In this document: piece after piece, positions 19,722-27,900 of the stretch | How positions within the stretch are numbered: position 1 is the stretch's first letter | Layout: each line of letters begins with the position of its first letter | Origin: Candidatus Omnitrophota bacterium | GTDB lineage: Bacteria; Omnitrophota; Gorgyraeia; VGKH01 | NCBI GenBank assembly: GCA_016867135.1 | Contig: VGKH01000003.1 | Coordinates: 1 to 57,894, forward strand | Length of the DNA: 57,894 nucleotides | Direction: 5' to 3' | The notes under the pieces: model-generated | The model's input: only the letters and a program-made list of their open reading frames with translations | What the model was told of the DNA's origin: nothing | Databases searched by the model: none | Made by a program: the position numbers and the translations under genes

Positions 19722-20156
19722 CTAATCTACCTGTTGCGCTGTTAAGAATATGGCTTTTTCTAATGCAGTAAAAAAATCTTGATAAGTGGCGGGATCTTCT
19801 ACGGAGTTAACTCCGTATTGAGCGTTCGCTCTTACTAATAATTGATTCTCTCCTCTAGGCCTAACGATCACTGTCATTGTAACTACCGCATATCCTAGAA
19901 ACTTGGTGCCAGTGACGGAACCAAGCATTAAATCAGCTTTATCAATAACAAAGTCTAAGTCTTGCATCGTGCTTATCACCGTCTGCATCATTTTCTTTTT
20001 GTCGGTTGTGTCAAAGGCCCTTGTCTGAATACTTCTTAATTTAACCTGGCTTTCGTTACTCCCAAGAGCACTTACAGCAGAAGTTGCGCATCCACATAAT
20101 GCCATTACTGAAAATAAAAGCAAGATAATGCCGCAATAATTCTTTAACTTTCTCAT
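19722..20156 (-). CDS. Lipoprotein of unknown function
   Basis: Signal peptide plus lipobox (LCGC). Paralogous to the next gene (..FDTTDKKKMMQTVISTMQDLDF..). Confidence 0.6.
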   Translation of the reverse strand: MRKLKNYCGIILLLFSVMALCGCATSAVSALGSNESQVKLRSIQTRAFDTTDKKKMMQTVISTMQDLDFVIDKADLMLGSVTGTKFLGYAVVTMTVIVRPRGENQLLVRANAQYGVNSVEDPATYQDFFTALEKAIFLTAQQVD

Positions 20157-20689
20157 ATTTCCTGCGCCTCCAAAAATATAGCTTTAGATAGACTGTCATA
20201 AAACTTCTGATACAATGCCGGGTCTTTAAGAGTTTCTAATCTATTGATTTGACCTCTCATGTTCCAAACAACCCGTTGAAATGTAACGCGCACAACTGTC
20301 TTCTTGCTATCAAGACTTGGCTTAATTATCACTGAGGCCTTAATAACTTGGGACGAATCGCAATTTCCAACAGCATTAGCCCCTCCTAAAAGAGCTACAA
20401 TAAAAACTTGGCCAACGTTCGTTGCATCGGCTTTTTTTGAAGCTGCCACAAAACCTACTTGTGTTTCGCTTGCATCCAAAGTAAAGCCCAAGTCTTGCAA
20501 AACCCCGGCAACGGAAGTTATAATTTTTTCCTGATCAGTTGTATCATATTGCCTCATCTGCAACTGTCTTTTTTCTAAATAATCCTTGCTTGGAACCAAG
20601 AATCCTTTAGGAACAGAGGCACAACTAGATATACCTAAGCAAAGAAATATGGCAAAAAATAATTTTAGAAAACGATTATATATTGTCAT
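20153..20689 (-). CDS. Lipoprotein of unknown function, paralog
   Basis: Lipobox (ISSC). Shares ..YDTTDQEKIITSVAGVLQDLGF.. and a C-terminal ..AIFLEAQ with 19722..20156. Confidence 0.6.
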   Translation of the reverse strand: MTIYNRFLKLFFAIFLCLGISSCASVPKGFLVPSKDYLEKRQLQMRQYDTTDQEKIITSVAGVLQDLGFTLDASETQVGFVAASKKADATNVGQVFIVALLGGANAVGNCDSSQVIKASVIIKPSLDSKKTVVRVTFQRVVWNMRGQINRLETLKDPALYQKFYDSLSKAIFLEAQEI

Positions 20690-20700
20690 GCTATTTCTTA

Positions 20701-21096
20701 TTAAAAACTAGAGGCGTGATATCCAAAGTCGCGCACTTTACCGTCTTTATCAAATTTAATAACAACTGTTAGCGTTCTCTGGGAAGTTGAAGCCGCGCCT
20801 GAAGCACCAGAAGTCAGGAATTTTAGACCAGCCCCACTGGCAGAATACACAATCTCCGAGGCTACTTTATCATATACCCATACTTCGCGCCGTTCTTCAT
20901 CTGTCGTCACAACATTAGGAGAACCCAAAATTTGAACAACGTCAGCCGACGACATTCCAACGCGTATTTCTTTTTGAACTTTGCCCACAGTCAATCTATC
21001 GCCAGTATCGTCCCTTACCTGTTGCCTTTGATAACTCGCCGAAGCACAACCAAACAGAAATAAAACACCTAATAATAAAACATATACTTTTTTCAA
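20701..21096 (-). CDS. BamE/SmpA-OmlA-like lipoprotein
   Basis: LTVGKVQKEIRVGMSSADVVQILGSP is a BamE-like motif. The likely start is TTG at 21096 (AGGAGGG 5 nt upstream), giving (M)KKVYVLLLGVLFLFGC. The ORF track starts at 21126. Confidence 0.5.
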   Translation of the reverse strand: MKKVYVLLLGVLFLFGCASASYQRQQVRDDTGDRLTVGKVQKEIRVGMSSADVVQILGSPNVVTTDEERREVWVYDKVASEIVYSASGAGLKFLTSGASGAASTSQRTLTVVIKFDKDGKVRDFGYHASSF

Positions 21097-21257
21097 TTTT
21101 TCCCTCCTGTTAAATTTCTTTTCCACTATTTCCCTCGATTTCTCTTAGGATAAACTTTATGGTATGTATCTAAGTTACACAATAGGAAGTGAATATATTA
21201 TAGTCTCGCGATATAGCTCTTGGCAAGAAAAATCTTGCTGCCGCGTTTCTATGTAGA

Positions 21258-22049
21258 CTATTCTGAAGGAATCTTGGTATTTATACTTTGCGTGCCTTGC
21301 TTGATATGATAACTAATTTTATTTTTCTTACAAAATTTAATAACCGAAACTGCAAGGCTATTATAGAATTCTTTAGTGTATTTAAACTCGGAGGATTTAA
21401 CACTATAGTTTAATCTTCCAAAAATAATCTTATCGACAAAGGACACGGCTTCCAGTATTTTTATCAAATCCTGCTGAATCAAATTAGGCGTAGGATACGG
21501 CTCCATACTGACCCAGGTTTTAAATCCTTTATCGTGTAAATATCTTAGTGATTTTATTCTATCTTGGAAGCCGGCAGAATTTGGCTCAAATTGTTGCTTA
21601 AATTTCTCATCCAGAGACACTAAGGTAATACCGTATTCATTGTTAAGACTAGCGCCATTCCTACTGGCAAGCTCTCTCGGAAATAATCCTTTCGTTAAAA
21701 CAGTGCAGCGGATACCATTGGCGTTAAGCTTATCAATGATCCTTAGACTCAAATCGCACACTTCATTCTGTCTGTACATAAATGGATCTGTAGAAAAACA
21801 AAGATGAACATATTTTATCTTATCCTTATATCGCGAGATTTCCTTATCTAAAAGTTCCAACGCATTAGAAACAATTTTTGGTTTACACCACTCTTCATAT
21901 GTTTTGACAATGCCGCATCTTTTTTTCATCATATATGCATAGCAAGGATACTTGCAACCATGCGAACATCCTTCTACATGATTTAGACAAAAATCGGCGT
22001 ATTCTACTTCGCTTTTATACAATAGTGTTTTGCGTACAATATTTTTCAT
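21258..22049 (-). CDS. SplB/COG1533-like radical-SAM-type protein with atypical three-Cys spacing
   Basis: Contains NHVEGCSHGCKYPCYAY (CX3CX3C rather than CX3CX2C), STDPF, VLTKG and FEPNS..RI..L..L..KG..W block order, as in DNA-photolyase-like rSAM enzymes. Confidence 0.6.
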   Translation of the reverse strand: MKNIVRKTLLYKSEVEYADFCLNHVEGCSHGCKYPCYAYMMKKRCGIVKTYEEWCKPKIVSNALELLDKEISRYKDKIKYVHLCFSTDPFMYRQNEVCDLSLRIIDKLNANGIRCTVLTKGLFPRELASRNGASLNNEYGITLVSLDEKFKQQFEPNSAGFQDRIKSLRYLHDKGFKTWVSMEPYPTPNLIQQDLIKILEAVSFVDKIIFGRLNYSVKSSEFKYTKEFYNSLAVSVIKFCKKNKISYHIKQGTQSINTKIPSE

Positions 22050-22101
22050 GGCTATATCATCATTTTAATGTATTTAAAATCTATTACAACTCTTATTTTT
22101 G

Positions 22102-22902
22102 TCAAAACAACTCGGGTTGCCCGGAAAGGTCTTTAACGGTAGTCTTTTTCCAAAAATCTAATCCTCTTGGATTTTTGGATGCAAACAGCAGAAAATACAT
22201 TGGCGTATTCATGGTATTTTTAATAGTTATATCTTTAAATTCTACGGTCTTAAAACCAAGCCTTCCTATAACTTCTTTATATAACTTAATAGCATCAATT
22301 GGTAGATTTACCTTACTCCAATTAACTTCACCGCCCAAAAACAATCCAAGCTTGGAACTATCACCCTGTTTTTTGTATAACTTAAAATTCCTCTTAATAT
22401 CGGTCCCAAATTGAATATTCAATAATAAATCAACTTTTCTTTGAAGAGTGATTTGTTCAATGGTACTAAAATGCAAATCTAACCCTGTTGGATCAGCAAA
22501 AATTAAACTCAAGCTTGACGAATCAATTTTTCTTATAGTTTCTTCAACTATACCGTTACAGTCTCCTTGTAAAAATACAATTTTACTAAATTCGGGTGAC
22601 TTTCTGCACCTTTCTTCCAAGACTTTTATTAGCTCTTTTTGCTCTTCAATAAAAATATACTGCCTAAATCCATATTGCAACGATATTAATGATGAACCTT
22701 CAATGTCCTCGTTAGTCTTTTCTATAAGGCAACGCCCCGGACCTGCAAATAAATCGACAAAAGTTAAGTTTCCTGCCCATTTATTCTTCATTCCTTTTGT
22801 AAGAATATCTAAATATCTTTTAAAATAGAAATACTTCTGCTTAATCCATGGGCCGCTTGGACGAACTATTAAACCATCAATTTTCGAGTTTATTATCTTC
22901 AT
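22102..22902 (-). CDS. TcmP-like (three-Cys-motif partner) protein, methyltransferase-fold
   Basis: Contains SGPWIKQKY..YL, VDLFAGPG and IFADPTG motifs. Adjacent to the three-Cys protein. Confidence 0.5.
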   Translation of the reverse strand: MKIINSKIDGLIVRPSGPWIKQKYFYFKRYLDILTKGMKNKWAGNLTFVDLFAGPGRCLIEKTNEDIEGSSLISLQYGFRQYIFIEEQKELIKVLEERCRKSPEFSKIVFLQGDCNGIVEETIRKIDSSSLSLIFADPTGLDLHFSTIEQITLQRKVDLLLNIQFGTDIKRNFKLYKKQGDSSKLGLFLGGEVNWSKVNLPIDAIKLYKEVIGRLGFKTVEFKDITIKNTMNTPMYFLLFASKNPRGLDFWKKTTVKDLSGQPELF

Positions 22903-22945
22903 ATTTAAACCTTCTCAAAACCCGTGCCCGCTTCTAAATATCTTA

Positions 22946-22966
22946 GGGGGGAACGTCCCTATCTAG
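22946..22966. repeat. Solo copy of the RAYT-flanking REP box
   Basis: GGGGGGAACGTCCCTATCTA matches GGGGAACGTCCCTATCTA at 24489-24506. Confidence 0.55.
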
Positions 22967-23050
22967 CTATCTAGTTGTCAACCCTTTTTTCCTATTGCAT
23001 ATTAAGAAAAACGACACGATTCATCGACTTATTCGCTGTAGTGGAGATAT

Positions 23051-23362
23051 TTATTTTACAAGAGGTTCGATAGACGTAAGAATACCATCTTTACTAAAAG
23101 CTAAATCTACTCCCCATGCTGCCCACCAGGTCTTGCGAGGATATCGCCATATTTCCCAACGGTCGTAAGTTCCTAATTGTATTCCTTGAACGTAGGCCTC
23201 CCCTAAAATATCTTTTAGTTCCGGTTCTCCCCAAATCGCAAGCACTTCTGCTTTTGTCATGCCAACTTTAATAGTGCCTTCTCTCGAAGTCATATACGAT
23301 GGCGTAGCGCAGCCTTGCATGATAAATAATAAAATTACTAAATAAAAGATGTAATTTTTCAT
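23051..23362 (-). CDS. Small lipoprotein (SmpA/OmlA-like), candidate immunity partner of the orphan toxin fragment
   Basis: Lipobox (MQGC) and GTIKVGMTKAEVLAIWGEP. There is a 4-nt overlap with the upstream ORF. Confidence 0.4.
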   Translation of the reverse strand: MKNYIFYLVILLFIMQGCATPSYMTSREGTIKVGMTKAEVLAIWGEPELKDILGEAYVQGIQLGTYDRWEIWRYPRKTWWAAWGVDLAFSKDGILTSIEPLVK

Positions 23363-23895
23363 CGTTCTCTAACTCCATATGTATTGTAAAATTGAATTCC
23401 TTGAATATTGTAATATTGTGAGGCCGGACTAAATCCAGGAGTGGATAGGCCCGTTTCACTTGCTACGCGTCCTATAAAGGTTGAACATATTTCTCTCTTA
23501 GGTCCTAACCAGTATTTAAAAGCATTGTCTTTACCATACTGGACAGCAAGCGCAACAAATTTTTGATTTCCCGAACCGGACCATTTAACAAGACGGCCTT
23601 GACGATTAAAATCTATGTTACGAATTCTTGTCCCATTTCCCTTTACATGCGAATCTGCCTGTTGTGTAGAGCTAATTGCAATCGCATTATGCGAAATTGG
23701 CGCCCCTTGCAGATAAGACAAAAACAACCCTACAGGATCGGTTAAGCCACCGCCCTTGTTAAATATTAAATCTCCTCCTTCTGGCGTGCCTTGTTCTCCA
23801 ATTGTAGGTTCTGGTAACATAAGACCCACAGTAGTGGCAACGGATGCATCAATAAATCCTCCTAAAGCAGCTCTGCCTAAATCTTCCTCCATCAC
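23359..23895 (-). CDS. Orphan C-terminal toxin cassette homologous to the C-terminus of the giant RHS protein
   Basis: FKYWLGPKREICSTFIGRVASETGLSTPGFSPASQYYNI aligns with FRYLEKSP..VYCSQFTSQVYRNSGNTGVYGAGPNSQYWY of the RHS protein. There is no SD, and the frame stays open upstream to the RAYT stop codon. Confidence 0.5.
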   Translation of the reverse strand: MMEEDLGRAALGGFIDASVATTVGLMLPEPTIGEQGTPEGGDLIFNKGGGLTDPVGLFLSYLQGAPISHNAIAISSTQQADSHVKGNGTRIRNIDFNRQGRLVKWSGSGNQKFVALAVQYGKDNAFKYWLGPKREICSTFIGRVASETGLSTPGFSPASQYYNIQGIQFYNTYGVRER

Positions 23896-23909
23896 AGCGG
23901 CAGATATAT

Positions 23910-24502
23910 TAGGGACGTTCCCCGATTTGTTCGTAAGGGTGTCCCCTTAAAGTTTTGGTGTATCTAAAAGAGCACTCTGTGTTCCAATTGTCCTGGTTTT
24001 ATAACTACTCCATTGATAATCTAACGGATTATCTATTATTTTAGCGCGGATAGGATTAAGTTCAATATATTTGACGCAATTAAGAAGGTATTCGTCTTTA
24101 TAAATAACCATACTCTTAAACCTGCCCTGCCAAAGATGGCCTGATTTCTTGTATCGGAAGTTGAAGTATCTTGTGTAGGACTGGTTTATTCCTTGCATAA
24201 CCTTAGCAAGATCAGCCTTATCATCCAGGCCTATCAAAAGATGCGCATGATTTGGCATAAGGCAATAACCATAAACAGCAAAATGATATTTTTTCTTGTA
24301 TTTGGTTAGAATCCCGAGATACTTCTCGAAATCCTCTTCTTTAAAGAAAACCTGCTGTCTTTGGTTGCCTCTGGTGATGACGTGATAACAAACGTTGTCG
24401 AGGACTAATCTAGCGCTGCGAGACATGGAAATTAACCTACCTTATGTCAGCCAATCTATATTAAAGGGGACACCCTTGTGCATGGATTGGGGAACGTCCC
24501 TA
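23910..24502 (-). mobile_element. RAYT/IS200-like unit: Y1 transposase gene bracketed by 37-nt inverted REP-like repeats
   Basis: The left repeat is TAGGGACGTTCCCC-N11-AAGGGTGTCCCC (23910-23946). The right repeat, at 24466-24502, is its reverse complement with a different 11-nt core. Confidence 0.7.
23947..24426 (-). CDS. IS200/IS605-family Y1 (HUH) transposase, REP-associated tyrosine transposase-like
   Basis: CYHVITRGN.., YCLMPNHAHLL (HUH motif) and YIELNPIRAKI (catalytic Tyr region). 159 aa. Confidence 0.85.
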   Translation of the reverse strand: MSRSARLVLDNVCYHVITRGNQRQQVFFKEEDFEKYLGILTKYKKKYHFAVYGYCLMPNHAHLLIGLDDKADLAKVMQGINQSYTRYFNFRYKKSGHLWQGRFKSMVIYKDEYLLNCVKYIELNPIRAKIIDNPLDYQWSSYKTRTIGTQSALLDTPKL

Positions 24503-24538
24503 TCTACTGTAGGTGAGAGGTCTTTATGAATTATGCCA

Positions 24539-24874
24539 TTACCATTTAGTTCTTCCCCTATCCTTCGCCTCGCCTGTCAACTTATTCACTGTAATAATTC
24601 TGTTACCATTTATCGTATGGCGTGCCCTAAAATAGATAACCCATAAATCTTTTTCTTCGCCCCAATCTCGTTCTTCAATCCGAATAATTTTTGAGACGTA
24701 GTAATCTTTATCCAAGACCTCTTTAACAATGTAATCTTTTGCAATTTTAATAGCCTCTTCTTTAGTCATAATGTTCATTATCTTTTCCTTTTGTTCATGC
24801 TGCACTATTTGTTCTCCCCTTAAAGATGCACAGCCTGTTAGTAATATTATAATAAAAATAAATATTTTCCACAT
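24539..24874 (-). CDS. Small lipoprotein, candidate immunity protein for the RHS toxin
   Basis: Lipobox (LTGC). It lies immediately downstream of the toxin gene, the usual position of immunity genes. Confidence 0.5.
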   Translation of the reverse strand: MWKIFIFIIILLTGCASLRGEQIVQHEQKEKIMNIMTKEEAIKIAKDYIVKEVLDKDYYVSKIIRIEERDWGEEKDLWVIYFRARHTINGNRIITVNKLTGEAKDRGRTKW

Positions 24875-24900
24875 ATTAATTTACCTCTCTTAAAAATCGG

Positions 24901-27900
24901 CTATTTTTTTAGATACCAATATTGCGAATTAGGGCCTGCACCATATACACCAGTATTGCCCGAATTCCTATAAACTTGACTAGTAAATTGAGAACAATAA
25001 ACTGTATTACCTGAATTAGAAAAAATAGCCGGGCTTTTTTCTAAATACCTGAATGTTACTCCCTTAGTTTTCATATCTGTCACCAAGCTATTAGCAGCTT
25101 TTGCAATAGCCTGATTACCTCGTATGCTAACAAATTTTTCTTTGCTGTATGCCGGAAAAGATTTCATGTCTCTAATATCAGGACCATCATTTGAAACGCC
25201 CATTCCAGGATGTGACCCAGCTACTTTACCGCCACCTAATCCAATATCAGTATGATTGAAGGGTCCTGGGTCTAGCACAGCCATTCCGATACTAAAAAGC
25301 GAGAATCTGCCACCAATTTTCTCTCCGGAATAAAAAACGGGATCACCTTCTCCAACACTACCCGAATCTGTTGCTACGCTTGACATAGGAGCAAATGTGC
25401 TTCCAATGGTAAAACCAATATTATACGCTAAACCCCCTAAAGCGCCTTCTGCAAAATCTCCTCCCGCAACTTCTGAAGCAACTCCTCCACCAATTATTGT
25501 ACCCAAACCAGCAAATTTTGTCAATGCGCCCACACCATAACCAGTTATACCGCCAGCAAAGCCAGATAAGGCAGCCAAACCAATATCGCCACCCCCTATG
25601 GCAGCGCCACTGGCGCCTCCCAAAACACCAGCTCCAATTGTACCCCAAAAGTTGCCAAAGGCATTGCCTATAATGCCTCCTCCAAAATACCCAACAACAG
25701 CTCCAGCTAATGCCGCACCTATGTTACCGCCATTCATTGCAGCCATAAAGGCATTATAAGCCGAAAATCCTAACCACGGTTGACCACTTAAAACTCCTAC
25801 AACCGCTCCGATAATCCCTCCAACTAGGCTTTTCCAGAAACTCTTCCACGAATGTCCTGAAGGGTCTACATTATTTATAGGGTTGTTTCCTGCGTAAGAG
25901 TAACGATTCAGTGTCTGAGGATTCCCTGGTGATTGGACAATCGTATCGGGAGATATGAAGCGTCCGATTGTGGGATTATAATACCTCGCTCCGTAAAAGT
26001 AAAGTCCTGTTTCGTCATCAAGCTTCTTGCCGGTGAAGAAATATTCGGTGGGATCAGCACTTGCCTCCTCTTTTCTTGAAAACTCGCCATAGGGTTTATA
26101 CTCATACAGCGCGATTTGGCTGCCGGCTTCATTGGTAATCACATTTGTTGAGCCCAAGTGGTCGGTGTGATAATAATTTATCTGGCTATTTGTAATCGAG
26201 GCAATCCTCTGCGAGCCTAGGAAGATATGCTTTGTGGGCGAGCCAGAGGTTTTTTCATATAGCGAGCCCACAAAAATTGTAGGAATTTCAGTGACCGTGG
26301 CTGCCTCTGCCACCGGCGGATCAAGAAGCGAGCTTAAGAATTCAAAAACATAGCGCAACTTCTCTGTATTTTTATCTTTTAACAGGCTATAATCCCCGCC
26401 TCCCGGATTCTGCTCAACCGGCATAACAGGCTGTCTTTTATTGTGGACTAAAAATCCTCCGGCAAAATATGTATGATAGGGGTTTACTTCTAGGTTATAG
26501 ACAAGAACATTGTGAGAGGGTATCTGGTCATCCAGCGATCCGGAACTAGGGGATTTGGTAATCTGGAGATCTGGAACATTATCCCTGATATCCTGATTTC
26601 CGGATACCCTAGTCCCTGATACCCCGATATCCGGATGTGCTAATAATCCGCGACTATCTGCGTTCAAACTAACTTTCTCAATTGAAGTAATCTCAATAGG
26701 GCTTCCCTGGCTGCCCCGAAGGCTGTCTCCGACCTTCAAATCCTTTACCTTAATCCACTCGCCTGCCGAATAGAATGGGTGTTCTCCTGTAACCCGAAGT
26801 GTACCATTTAAGATAAAATATTCACTTGTTTTATGGATAAAAGCCTGCTTTACAGTATCTGCGACAAGCAGATTTTTCTCCTCATCAAAACTCAAAACCT
26901 CATCTCCGACTTTGACTTTTTCTATAGGCTTAGTCGAACCATCAGACATTAAAATCGGCGTGCCTGCCAAAAAACATCCACCTCCTCCAGAATATTTGTA
27001 GAGAGTCTTTTTGGTCCTTCCGCCGTCTCCGTCATAAACAAATGAAGCTTTGGTCTGATTGTTAATCTTAACGCTTTTTAATCGATTCTCTGCGTCATAG
27101 ATGTAATTTGTAGTTTTTAACTGGCTATCCGTCATTGAAGCCATATTGCCATTTGCATCGTAAGTAAACACCGAACCATCAGAACCGGATGTGAGCGCGT
27201 GCGGCCCGGCGCTGCCTGCGCCATAAGAATAGATCACGCCGTCTTTTAGCGTCATATTTCCGATTTCATCGTAATCAAAATATTTGGTGCCATAGCCGCC
27301 GGAGGCAACCACCAAACGGCTAAGCTCATCGTATTGGAAAGTCTGCGAGCCAGTGTTAACGTTATCGATAATCCTAAGGATATTTCCTACTGAATCATAT
27401 TGATAACTTAAATCCTGGATAGTTCCTGCGGTCGGGCTGTTAGTAACTAAATGCGTCAACCTTAAATTTAAAGGATTATAGGTATATTCTGTTACATTGC
27501 CATTGCCATATTCAATTCTTGTGATTTGGCCTGAGGCATTATAATCGACATTTTCAACATAATAATTTCCTTCACCCCCGGATTCAATCGCATAAGGCGC
27601 GCTAGGCACAGTAAAATTGGAAGTCCACCGTGCAATGCCTTTGGAGATTCTAATCTCATCCATCCAGCCATTAAAGAAAAAGTTATTATCTCCTCTTTTT
27701 CCTATGACTAATGCTCCATTAACATCAGGAATATTTATATCATTTTCGATGGTGCTTCCTATTTGAGTTCCGTTTACAAAAAATTTCCAGTAATTTCCAT
27801 TACGCACTACTGCCAAATGATGCCATGTATTAATATCAATGGCTGTTTCTATATCAGATTCAATATGGGTTGGAACTTGATTGACATAAATGTTAAAATA

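Noticed and set aside
26440-26976. Canonical splicing intein in the RHS gene
   Set aside because: The residue after the terminal HN is Lys, not Cys/Ser/Thr, and there is no homing-endonuclease insert. It is better described as a Hint/BIL-type self-processing domain.
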